Of a stretch of 38,455 nucleotides of DNA, positions 19,814-28,631 are shown in pieces. A model generated the notes under the pieces. That model saw only the letters and a program-made list of their open reading frames with translations. It was not told where the DNA came from and searched no databases. Where the stretch lies: NCBI GenBank assembly GCA_965369655.1, contig CBDUQR010000028.1, positions 1 to 38,455 on the forward strand. Direction: 5' to 3'. The position numbers and the translations under genes are program-made. Numbering within the stretch: position 1 is the first letter of the stretch; every line of letters starts with the position of its first letter. The DNA is from an uncultured bacterium. GTDB taxonomy: Bacteria > Zixibacteria > MSB-5A5 > JAABVY01 > JAHJOQ01.

Positions 19814-20674
19814 ATGTTGCCAAAAAAGACGCAGTTCGCGGATGCTCGCAGGAAAGCCAAAACTGCAAAGCAAGCTTCCGAACGTGGTGCGGAGAAACGA
19901 ACCCAATTTGTCGACCAATACGATATCGGCTTCTCACTGGCATTAAATGAGGCTATCAACCTCCTTTGTAAGATGCGTCCCGCCCAGAACAAGCTTGCAG
20001 TTGACGCATCGCTGTTCGGGCTTGTAGGTCTCGTTGCTTTAGGGACTATCAGTATGGGCATCGAGCAACGAATGAAGATGCATCTTGTACTACAGAGCTA
20101 CCAGTCTGTCAATGCATTTGTGAACGCACAAGCCACTCAGCGCATGGCGAACATGTTCGGATTGCACCTTGTCCATGGCTTCAGAAAGGTCCCCGAAGAG
20201 AAGGTCGTCGACCACGTTAGGATGGCGCTCGAAGGTAGAGGAGATTCACTACTAAAAAGAGCATTTAAGAAAAAGAAGAACAACATCTTGGTTTGGGATG
20301 CTGGCTTCTTGGAGGAGCTTGAGTTAGCAGTTAATCTCTATGACTACGGTCGGGAAATCATCTGGCAGCCTGCTTTTGTAGTCACAGTTCTCTCAAACCC
20401 CAGTTCCTACTATAAAGGCAGTCTTTCCGTGACTCCGGAAATGAAAAGGCTGAACTTTGCTAAGAAAAGAAAGCCAGTGATGGCTTGCTTCGAGTGCATT
20501 GCATCTGCGTGTTTTTTCTCAAAGGAAGGGCTTCTGGTACCGTGGAATGCAATCGGTCGTTTCTTGAATCGCACGGCGGGTCCAGACGCAGGTGAAAGGC
20601 GGATCGCTGCCTTGAAAAAGGTTTATGAGAATCTTCCCGATACCACCGAAATACCGTTTGTTGACAAACTGTAA
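19814..20674 (+). CDS. Hypothetical protein
   Basis: Long ORF with basic N terminus; AGGAGG before ATG 19814 (alternative GTG 19769); no recognisable family. Confidence 0.65.
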   Translation: MLPKKTQFADARRKAKTAKQASERGAEKRTQFVDQYDIGFSLALNEAINLLCKMRPAQNKLAVDASLFGLVGLVALGTISMGIEQRMKMHLVLQSYQSVNAFVNAQATQRMANMFGLHLVHGFRKVPEEKVVDHVRMALEGRGDSLLKRAFKKKKNNILVWDAGFLEELELAVNLYDYGREIIWQPAFVVTVLSNPSSYYKGSLSVTPEMKRLNFAKKRKPVMACFECIASACFFSKEGLLVPWNAIGRFLNRTAGPDAGERRIAALKKVYENLPDTTEIPFVDKL

Positions 20675-20761
20675 GATAGTCATGATATGTGAGAGCTAGC
20701 CGGTAACCCACCCAAAGCGTAAGCATCAGGTGATTCCACATACCATCTTTTGAACTAACAA

Positions 20762-20794
20762 GAGAGCCGACCGTCTTATCATCGGTCGGCCCTC
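20762..20794 (-). terminator. Terminator-like hairpin closing the putative ncRNA (possibly bidirectional)
   Basis: Minus strand: GAGGGCCGACCG-N9-CGGTCGGCTCTC followed by TTGTT. Confidence 0.6.
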
Positions 20795-20987
20795 GAGGGA
20801 GAGAAGTAAATACCTCCGACCCGCCCCTTGGGGAGCAGAACGTGTCCGCTCCCCATGGTACTGTGTTGCGAAACGCTACCGCAACGGGGCGTTACTCTTT
20901 GGTTGAACCAGCATTTCTGCCGGGTTCTGTATCGCTGGCAGCTTGATTCCTCACAGCCTCGCACCGATTATGTGGCGGCAGACATCC

Positions 20988-21132
20988 CGAAGTTATCCCC
21001 TAAGTGCAAATCAACTTGAGCGGTAAGCTGATTCTGTCACTCCCGCGCAGGCCCTTCGCTTTGCTCAGGATACCACGGGAGTCCATTTAACGTTAACGCA
21101 TTCAATAGATTCCCGCCTTCGCGGGAATGACA
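20988..21132 (-). mobile_element. Degenerate partial copy of the 6894-7092 MITE
   Basis: The reverse complement of 21033-21132 nearly matches 6949-7048, and similarity continues to a decayed TIR (TTAGGGGATAACTTC). The other TIR is not found. Confidence 0.7.
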
Positions 21133-21806
21133 CTCCTGGAGGTCTGTCAGTCACGGCGCAAGCATCCATCACCGTTTGTCATCTCTCTTTAGGGAGGCAC
21201 GCCCGATCCTCGAACTCCGGGACATGCCTCTCCTCACGGACAGAGCTGCCGAGACCTGACTGCACTCTCGACCGTTCAATCAAGAAACAGTCGGTCCCGA
21301 CCTGAGCAATTCCCCCCTCAGGGATAACCTTGGTGAGATTGGTGCTTGAAAGGCCGTTTGGTTACCGCTACCACCTCCTTCCGGCAGAACTATTACGGTC
21401 TGCACATAAGGTTACTTTCAACTGTTCAATCTGAATGATGCTTTGGTCTCACTCGAACAGTTGTTCTAACAACGGTAGCGGTATCTGGTAAGTCGTCTTC
21501 CTCGTTTCACCCGCATATCTGCGGGAAGGATTTCTATCTTACCGTAGCGATATGGTGAGCTGTACTCTCTCCAGTCGTTCGTTCAACCAGCCTGAATACA
21601 TGATTCAGGCAACTCAGATAAGCACAGTATCAGTGGATGGGCTGCTTACTTAATCCTCCTGTCGGCGTTGATAGCCGCTTTAGGAAAACTCACTCACAAT
21701 CACAGTAGCAAACAGCTAAATAGAAGAACACCTTCTTTGAAAAACGAGAGCTTTAATACAGTAACAATGAAGTTATCGAGCGGTCAGTCTCCTTTCAGAC
21801 TGCTCA

Positions 21807-21835
21807 AGTATAATACAGACGTTCCTGTTTGTCAA
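21807..21835 (-). promoter_or_regulatory. Strong sigma70 promoter firing leftward into the ORF-free region
   Basis: TTGACA (21835-21830), 17-nt spacer, TATACT (21812-21807). A divergent TTGCGC-17-TATATT lies at 21852-21880 on the plus strand. Confidence 0.8.
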
Positions 21836-21960
21836 GCCCGTTTTTGCTCCTTTGCGCAAGTTTCTTTATTATGCTATATTCGTGTGAATAGGCGCATTCG
21901 CACATACGGCGCCTGACGAACGAAAGGTCGAATTCTTGAGAGCTATCTACTGGTTTCTGT

Positions 21961-22378
21961 CGCACATTGTCGTACGACGCTGAGCCGGGGGTGGTTCGCT
22001 GACACCAGCGCTCTTCTTCGATCGCGGCTCATCGACCGAACGCTTTTGATAAAAAATCCTTCTCCACGGTCAACTGGCCGATCTTCGCGTGCAGGTCCTT
22101 GATCTCGGCGTCCCGGGCCGTATCACCAACGGCGGCCTTCCGGGAGAATAACTCAGGGAGACTCTCCTGGATCCGGCGCTTCCACTGCGAGATCATATTG
22201 GGATGCACGCCATGCCTGGCCGAAAGCTCGGACATCGTGTGCGCACTGGAAAGCGCATCAAGCGCAACACGGGCTTTGAATTCGGCGGAAAAGCTGCGTC
22301 GCTTTCTCATTCTGTTGATCCTCCCAAAAACTCTCTAATCCACCTTAATCAACTGTCCGAAATTCTGCAACCACCTCT
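21961..22378 (-). mobile_element. Truncated IS3-family element (left end, orfA, first ~24 codons of orfB)
   Basis: End sequence AGAGGTGGTTGCAGAATTTCGGACAG; ATGA-coupled orfB start MSRDRRRALVSANHPRLSVVRQCA stops abruptly; no DDE domain. Confidence 0.85.
22029..22310 (-). CDS. IS3-family transposase OrfA
   Basis: RRSFSAEFKARVAL, HTH (ELSARHGVHPNMISQWK), LHAKIGQLTVEKDFL; GGGAGG RBS. Confidence 0.92.
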   Translation of the reverse strand: MRKRRSFSAEFKARVALDALSSAHTMSELSARHGVHPNMISQWKRRIQESLPELFSRKAAVGDTARDAEIKDLHAKIGQLTVEKDFLSKAFGR

Positions 22379-22447
22379 GAGCAAGCTATTGATGGATATG
22401 TATAATAAATACGATTCGCTCTGGATACATCACAACTCGGAATCAAG

Positions 22448-22476
22448 TTGACAGCGGTCGTGACATGTGATATTCT
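22448..22476 (+). promoter_or_regulatory. Sigma70 promoter giving a near-leaderless mRNA
   Basis: TTGACA-17-TATTCT ends 9 nt before ATG 22486; no SD sequence. Confidence 0.7.
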
Positions 22477-22485
22477 GACATCGCT

Positions 22486-23847
22486 ATGACGTTTGAATTC
22501 GAAGAAATACTCGAGACGCTGCACATGACCGAGGTCGAGTGTCTCGATGTGCGGACTGTCACGATGGGCATCTCCCTCAGAAGCTGCTCGCGCGGCTCGA
22601 TCGACGAAACCTGCGCGGCGATTCGTTCAAAGATACTCGAGAGGTCTGAGAAGCTTGTCGAGACTGTCGATCGGATCAAGGTCGAGTTCGGTATCCCAAT
22701 CGCCAACAAGCGCATATCGATAACGCCCGTTTCTCTTCTCGGCGGGGTGTTTTCATCAGATGATTTCGTGAAAGTCGCTCTCACGCTCGATCAGGTCGCA
22801 GCCGACGTCGGCGTCGATTATCTGGCTGGGTACTCCGCTCTCGTCCAGAAGGGTTATGCCGACAATGACCGCAGTCTGATTTCATCCATCCCGGATGCTC
22901 TCGCCGCCACCAAGCGCGTCTGCTCGTCGGTCAATGTTGCAACGACCAAGGCCGGGATCAACATGGATGCTGTCAGACAGATGGGCGAGGTTGTCTGTAA
23001 AACAGCTCAGAATACCGCTTCCGATGGTGGCATCGGCTGTGCGAAACTGGTGACATTCGCCAATGTCCCCGAGGACAACCCGTTTGTTGCAGGCGCACTC
23101 CATGGCGTCTCCGAGCCGGAGTGCGTTATAAATGTCGGCATATCAGGTCCGGGCGTGATCCTGCATGCTGTCGAACGATTTCCGGATGCTGATTTCGGGA
23201 CTCTTGCAGAGGTCATCAAGCGAACAGCATTCAAGGTGACCCGGATGGGCGAAATGGTCGGGCGCAAAGTCTCGCGCGAACTTGGGGTCGAGTTCGGTAT
23301 TGTCGATCTTTCGCTGGCCCCCACTCCGGCAGCGCGCGACAGCGTTGCCAGAATACTGGAAGCAATAGGTGTCGAACGCTGCGGCGCCCACGGCACAACT
23401 GCGGCACTCGCGATGCTCAACGATAATGTGAAGAAAGGCGGCATGATGGCGTCGTCGTACGTCGGCGGCATGTCGGGAGCCTTCATACCTGTGTCCGAAG
23501 ATGCCGGCATGATCGAGGCTGTGAAGATCGGCGCTCTCTCCATCGAGAAACTGGAGGCGATGACCGCCGTCTGCTCGGTTGGACTCGATATGGTAGCCGT
23601 TCCGGGCGACACCCCCCCTGAGACCATCGCGGGCATAATCGCCGATGAGGCTGCGATTGGCGTCATCAACAACAAAATAACTTCTGTCAGGATAATACCG
23701 GTACCCGGCAAGAAAGTGGGAGAGTCTGTCATATACGGCGGCTTACTTGGAGAAGCGCCTATTATGGATGTCTCACGATTCTCCTGCGAAAGACTTATCC
23801 GTCGTGGTGGTCGCATACCGGCGCCGACTCAGGGACTCAATAACTAA
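22486..23847 (+). CDS. PFL-like family protein (DUF711/UPF0210)
   Basis: [66 protein letters not shown] and RGGRIPAP. Confidence 0.92.
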   Translation: MTFEFEEILETLHMTEVECLDVRTVTMGISLRSCSRGSIDETCAAIRSKILERSEKLVETVDRIKVEFGIPIANKRISITPVSLLGGVFSSDDFVKVALTLDQVAADVGVDYLAGYSALVQKGYADNDRSLISSIPDALAATKRVCSSVNVATTKAGINMDAVRQMGEVVCKTAQNTASDGGIGCAKLVTFANVPEDNPFVAGALHGVSEPECVINVGISGPGVILHAVERFPDADFGTLAEVIKRTAFKVTRMGEMVGRKVSRELGVEFGIVDLSLAPTPAARDSVARILEAIGVERCGAHGTTAALAMLNDNVKKGGMMASSYVGGMSGAFIPVSEDAGMIEAVKIGALSIEKLEAMTAVCSVGLDMVAVPGDTPPETIAGIIADEAAIGVINNKITSVRIIPVPGKKVGESVIYGGLLGEAPIMDVSRFSCERLIRRGGRIPAPTQGLNN

Positions 23848-23904
23848 TCTATTCAGGTTGAAGCGAACGGGGCTGTGCTACTTGAAAGTTCGGGGTATTT
23901 GTCT

Positions 23905-25482
23905 TCAGGATTCGTTCTGCTGTGAGAATGCAGTATCGAGGAGAGATTCGACTTCCTGACCGCGTGCCGCGTTGAGCTTTTCCATCAGCATAGCCTTCTC
24001 GATTGCGATTTCGGCCTGGCTGAGGATTGTCTGCGCCGACTCCAGCTTTCCTTCATCGATGGGCTCATCCGAATCCGGGCTCGACAGCAGTATCACCATA
24101 CCGATTTCATCATTGACCTGGATCGGCAGCAGCGCAAAGGCGCTTGAATTGATGACTTCGAGTTCTACAGGATCACGGTCAGAATCATATATCTTCGAGG
24201 GGGCGTCGAGCACGTTTACAGGGCTGCCATTCGCCACGACTGCTCTGATGAATCCAACGGAGTCCTTAATCTCAATCTGCATACGGCGCACCTGATCCTG
24301 GGATTGTACGCCGAAACCTAACATCCCACGTGCGATGGAGCTCTCTTTGTCGATTTCGAACAGGATGGCCCGACCCATTTCGAACCCGCGGAAGATGCTT
24401 TCGAGGACGATCTGGAGTATTTCGCCCACGCTTCCCGCCTGCCTGATGCACTCCGATGCTTCCCGAAGCACCGACAGTTGTCGCTCTCTGCTGCTGAGTT
24501 GTTCTGACATCTGCTGCATCTCGACAGTGATTTCTGCAGGCGATGGACCAAATGGATGCACCACTCCGTTTTCAGGCGAGCCACCGATCGTGTCTGCAGC
24601 CGCCGCGTTCTCGATACAGATGCCCAGCTCTGAGGAGATATCGAGAATGCTGGGCCAGGCGTTAGCCGCTATTGCGTCTATCGCCTCCGCCGGAATTCCC
24701 GCCAATGTTTCTGCCTCCTTATAGATGTTGCTTGAACGGTCGATCTCGTTGTTCCCTTCACGCACTTCCCCGAAGAGTCTGTGTGCCAGGTAGATTATAT
24801 CAACCAATCTCGATTTGCTCTTTATTCCGAGTGATATTCCGACTCTGTGATGGAACTGGATCGGTGAAAGAAGCTGCGACGGCATGTTCCATTTTCTGCC
24901 GAGCCAGTGTCCGAGGGCGCAGTGGTCGGTGCCGATCAGATCTCTCTCGGTCGAGATATCGTCTTCTCCGGCCTCAATCAGCTTGTCGATTCTTGAATAT
25001 TCTGTTCTGAACACCTGACTTATGACCACCTTGCCGATGTCATGGATGAACCCGGCGATGAACGCCTCTTCCGGGATCCTGTACCGACATGCTTTCGCCA
25101 GGAGTTTGCCGATTATGCCGCACCCGAGTGACTTGGTCCAGAAGCGCTTGAAATCGAAATCTTTGATACTCTTTGAACTGGTGAAAGTGTCGTGTATGGC
25201 TATGCTCATCACCACATTCCTGACCGTCCGGAAACCCATCAGCACGATTGCCTGAGTGACAGTGCCGACCTTTCCCGAAAACTCCGCGTAGTAGGCGGAG
25301 TTGGCGAGCTTGAGTATTCTTGTCGTGAGGTGGTGATCGCTCAGGACGATATTCGCCAGGTCAGCCGCAGACGATTTCGGATCTTCGGATATCTCCTTGA
25401 CGCGGATGATGATCTCGGGCACCGATGGGATGCTTGCCGAAAACCCCTCCAGCTTTTCTTTGATTCTTTCGTCTGTGATCAT
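23905..25482 (-). CDS. HDOD domain protein with C-terminal GAF domain
   Basis: RILKLANSAYY, QAIVLMG, AFIAGFIHDIGK and IGTDHCALG..W; GAF-like region (RAILFEID, FALLPIQV). Confidence 0.88.
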   Translation of the reverse strand: MITDERIKEKLEGFSASIPSVPEIIIRVKEISEDPKSSAADLANIVLSDHHLTTRILKLANSAYYAEFSGKVGTVTQAIVLMGFRTVRNVVMSIAIHDTFTSSKSIKDFDFKRFWTKSLGCGIIGKLLAKACRYRIPEEAFIAGFIHDIGKVVISQVFRTEYSRIDKLIEAGEDDISTERDLIGTDHCALGHWLGRKWNMPSQLLSPIQFHHRVGISLGIKSKSRLVDIIYLAHRLFGEVREGNNEIDRSSNIYKEAETLAGIPAEAIDAIAANAWPSILDISSELGICIENAAAADTIGGSPENGVVHPFGPSPAEITVEMQQMSEQLSSRERQLSVLREASECIRQAGSVGEILQIVLESIFRGFEMGRAILFEIDKESSIARGMLGFGVQSQDQVRRMQIEIKDSVGFIRAVVANGSPVNVLDAPSKIYDSDRDPVELEVINSSAFALLPIQVNDEIGMVILLSSPDSDEPIDEGKLESAQTILSQAEIAIEKAMLMEKLNAARGQEVESLLDTAFSQQNES

Positions 25483-25491
25483 CCCGATCCG

Positions 25492-26391
25492 CTACTCTTC
25501 AAACAGGTATTTTTCGGATTGATAGGCCTCGTCGAGTTCTTCCACAAGATTGTCGATATCAATCTGCCCGAATCCGGCGATCTGTGCCAGCGGCAATGAC
25601 GTAAGATCGTCGAGACGTCGATCATTAAATCCGCAATCGATCTGTTTGGCCAACTCGTTGCAAAACTGCGTGATGAACGCAATCGGGACATTCGACGCAA
25701 CGAGGCGCTCCGTATCGGCGTCGTCATCATGCCTGGGATCATGGTGATTCGAGATGGCCGACGTCAGCATCGACGGGAAATTCCATCTTTCAAACAGAAG
25801 CCTGCCGACTTCGACATGCCCGAAGCCGAGTTGTTCGGTCTCAACCTCCATGAACGTCAGGCTTTCCGATTCCACCTGCCTGCAGACCAATTCATACTGC
25901 TCCGAGAGTTTTTGCGAGAGAATGAGCTTGCCTAAGTCGTGCATCAATCCAACGATAAACGCCTCCTCGATTTGTGGATGCCTGATTTTCCTGGAGATGA
26001 TTCGGCTCGCCATGGCAGTCGCGAGCGAGTGCTCCCACAGCCTCTGTTCCACGTAACTCTCGTTTTTCTTCTTGAAAAGGCTGTGTGTCGATGATGCCAC
26101 GACGAGTGATCGGAGAGTGTAGAACCCGAGGATCAGGATAGCCTCCTTCAGCGTTCCGACACCCTTCGGTCGCCCATAAAACGATGAATTCGACAGCTTC
26201 AGGACCTTGGCGGACAACGCCTGGTCGGCTGAAAGGACCTTGCCGAGCTGTGCGACGTCCGTGTCCAGATTGCTGGTGAGTCCCATCACAGTGGAGACGA
26301 TAGCGGGCGAAGCTGGCAGTTCGCCCATAGTTGATATGATCTTAGCGACAATTGGATTCGAATCGACGGCCTGAGTATCTTGCATTTTCAA
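25492..26391 (-). CDS. HDOD domain protein
   Basis: ELPASP, DQALSAKVLKLSNSSFYG, AFIVGLMHDLGK and GFGHVEVG..L.ERWNFP. Confidence 0.9.
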   Translation of the reverse strand: MKMQDTQAVDSNPIVAKIISTMGELPASPAIVSTVMGLTSNLDTDVAQLGKVLSADQALSAKVLKLSNSSFYGRPKGVGTLKEAILILGFYTLRSLVVASSTHSLFKKKNESYVEQRLWEHSLATAMASRIISRKIRHPQIEEAFIVGLMHDLGKLILSQKLSEQYELVCRQVESESLTFMEVETEQLGFGHVEVGRLLFERWNFPSMLTSAISNHHDPRHDDDADTERLVASNVPIAFITQFCNELAKQIDCGFNDRRLDDLTSLPLAQIAGFGQIDIDNLVEELDEAYQSEKYLFEE

Positions 26392-26467
26392 CTCCCGATC
26401 TTTTTTCTTTTATCGGCAGATGTCACAAATCTCTGAATGACAGTGGATAGTGCCAGGTTCGCCGGAT

Positions 26468-26585
26468 GTCGAACTCGCGTGAACGCTCCCGATCCCCGAG
26501 GGACAGGGAGCGTGGCAATCTCCTGTTGGACACCACATTGCATGAACTGAGATCACCACGTCGCTGTAGCTCCTCGTGATGACAA
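26468..26585. repeat. Degenerate REP doublet, same family as 16806-16892
   Basis: The right arm reverse-complements to GTCATCACGAGGAGCTACAGCGACGTGGTGATCTCAGTTC; the left arm GCGTGGCAATCTC is preceded by a different small palindromic insert. Confidence 0.6.
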
Positions 26586-26732
26586 CGTCACAGACCCGTG
26601 CCCAGCGAGGGGTTTTTCAACACTCCCGGCAGCCTGGGAGCGCGGATACTGTGTGTTCAGAAGCGGCTCAGGTTCACTGAAAACGGATCCTGCGTGTAAT
26701 CAAAAACTTGCCCCGAAAATGCAAATTAACTA

Positions 26733-26761
26733 TTGACAAGATTAGTAGTTCAGTGTATATT
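26733..26761 (+). promoter_or_regulatory. Strong sigma70 promoter heading the cohesin/dockerin cluster
   Basis: TTGACA-17-TATATT, implying a ~340-nt leader to ATG 27111. Confidence 0.75.
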
Positions 26762-27110
26762 AAAACCGACTTGAAGGGAAAATTTGGTTACGGCTTATCC
26801 TCGAAGCTTTTACTGACGCGGTTTTGGGCAGTCGAGATTGACTGCGATGATGTTCTTCAAAACGAATTGACTTTGTGAACACGGAATCTGAAGTACTAAC
26901 CGTTTAACCAAGAAACGATTGCGGCGCAACGCTGCATCGAATCGGTCAGAAAGAAAATTTTAATAGCTTGTTGCCATGCGGCAGAAGCTGGTGAGATTGG
27001 AACGATAGCTTGCGCTAATGTTACTGTGTAATAATACGATACTTAGAAGAGCAGGCTATTATGTTCGACAGAACATCGGGATTTTATCATCCGTTCCAAG
27101 GAGGAGTCTA

Positions 27111-28217
27111 ATGGCAAATCCCATTCACCGTTTCGCAGCGTGTTGTGTGGCGCTCATGTTGGTTGGAATGTTTATCTTTTCGGACATATATGCATCCGAT
27201 GACGCCCTTGAGCTCTATGTCAATGTTGGCGACACCAGTATAACCAGGGATGCGGACAGCGTGGTGATTTCGGTCTTTATGGAGAATTTCGTCGATTCCG
27301 TCGGTGGTATGGAACTCTGGCTTTTCATCAACCAGGAAGAGGTTCTCAGGTTCCGTGCTGACTCTGTCTGGCAGAGTGATACCACCTTTGCAAACTGCAC
27401 GGATTCATTCTGTACCGCGTGGATCGAAGATTCGTGCATTGCGTGGGAGTATGATCCGTCGACATGCTCTGATACTACCGTCGACGAAGGCTGGGTGCAG
27501 AAGGGTGCGACTGATCTGAGTGGCACTATGATCGAAAACTGGGATTTTGTTACGTCGAATGTGCTGGATCAGAACCGACGGCAACTCAAGATCGTCGGCA
27601 TCGCTAATCAGTCCGGTGGTGCCTCGAAAGCCATTCCTCCGAACTCCGGCAATGCATTGCTGGTGAAGCTCGTGGCTGAGGTCCGTGAGGACCATCTCGA
27701 CTCCATGGGGCTGGTTCCCGACTCGCTCTGTCCCGACAGCGCCTATGAGCATTTGGGGATCACTACGATTATTATCTGGGACAATGTCTCCCGATTCTCC
27801 GACACTCATGACGGCCTTATTGGCTGGGTCTGGGAGTATCTGTGCATCGACTCAGTCTGTACCGAGTGGGAAGGCGATTCATGCATAGCGTGGGAATGCA
27901 CGGCTTGGGATGAAACCGACTCGTCCGGTCATATCGATACCACAAAAGTCAAGTTTTTCGATGGCGATGTATCACTCACATGTGCTGAGTGTGACTGGGT
28001 CGGAGGGGATGCTAACGGGTCCGGCGGCGTAGACATTGACGATGTAGTCTATCTCATAAACTATATATTCGGGGGAGGCCCGGAACCGGAGCCAGAGTTA
28101 GGCGCTGGTGATGCCGACTGCTCCGGAAATGTCGACATCGACGACGTTGTCTATCTTATCAACTACATTTTCGGTGGCGGCCCAGCGCCGTGCCCGTGTG
28201 AAGAGGTGCCTATGTGA
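27111..28217 (+). CDS. Secreted cohesin-like plus dockerin protein with Cys/Trp-rich inserts
   Basis: AGGAGG RBS, signal peptide, cohesin-like strands (VVISVFMENFVDSVGGMELWL; LLVKLVAEV), C-terminal dockerin GDANGSGGVDIDDVVYLINYIFGGGP twice. Confidence 0.82.
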   Translation: MANPIHRFAACCVALMLVGMFIFSDIYASDDALELYVNVGDTSITRDADSVVISVFMENFVDSVGGMELWLFINQEEVLRFRADSVWQSDTTFANCTDSFCTAWIEDSCIAWEYDPSTCSDTTVDEGWVQKGATDLSGTMIENWDFVTSNVLDQNRRQLKIVGIANQSGGASKAIPPNSGNALLVKLVAEVREDHLDSMGLVPDSLCPDSAYEHLGITTIIIWDNVSRFSDTHDGLIGWVWEYLCIDSVCTEWEGDSCIAWECTAWDETDSSGHIDTTKVKFFDGDVSLTCAECDWVGGDANGSGGVDIDDVVYLINYIFGGGPEPEPELGAGDADCSGNVDIDDVVYLINYIFGGGPAPCPCEEVPM

Positions 28218-28230
28218 GCGGTCGCGGTCA

Positions 28231-28259
28231 TCAGGCCTGCGCCGCATGCCGGATTTTTT
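28231..28259 (+). terminator. Probable weak intrinsic terminator
   Basis: Imperfect hairpin TCAGGCCTGCG/CGCATGCCGGA followed by TTTTTT. Confidence 0.5.
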
Positions 28260-28631
28260 AACAGAATACTTACCTCGTGCCAATATGGCACTTACTTGCG
28301 AGGCCGTTGTTGATTCTTGCGTGAATTACTGACCGAGTGGAAAGAGATTGATAATAATGATGATGAAAATAAAAAAAGCGGCTACGAGCCGATGAAGAAG
28401 AAAGAGAAGGGAGGTATCGAAAGAAGAAGAGGCGTTTTTTGTTCAAACCAACTAGTCAACTGCGACTGAATTGAGCTTGCGAGATTCGGTTACGGACCTT
28501 GCTCTTGTTGTGCGGCCTAAATTGTGTGATGAGTGCAGGAATTGACAAATCCTTGAGGGGGACTGAAACGTAAGTTGCTCTCAGGTATTAACCTGAGAAA
28601 CAACAAGGAATTCTTAAACTAAAGGAGCACA

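Larger units (their letters stand above)
20762..21801 (-). ncRNA. Candidate large (~1 kb) structured noncoding RNA, family unassigned
   Basis: No credible ORF; bounded by a near-consensus promoter and a terminal hairpin; many complementary helices. Confidence 0.6.

Noticed and set aside
20918-20932. ACAGAACCCGGC (minus strand) and GGGTGAAACG near 21503-21512 resemble RNase P RNA motifs
   Set aside because: There is no GAGGAAAGTCC partner for P4, the spacing is too long, and the segment folds into a local hairpin.
20779-21916. Short ORFs (61, 63 and 82 aa) in the ORF-poor region, and AGGAGG at 21660-21655
   Set aside because: No RBS-start pairing or protein-like features, and the AGGAGG is not followed by a start codon.
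26612-26627. TTTTTCAACACTCCC resembling an IS terminal repeat
   Set aside because: No partner end or target duplication was found, so an element cannot be delimited.
27018-27110. Longer N termini from the ORF track (27018, also 12510, 16888, 19769, 5687)
   Set aside because: The downstream starts have SD sequences and give proper signal peptides or family N termini.
28286-28300. TGGCACTTACTTGC as a sigma54 promoter (also TGGAACGATAGCTTGC near 26998)
   Set aside because: GG-to-GC spacing is 9 and 11 nt respectively, not the required 10.
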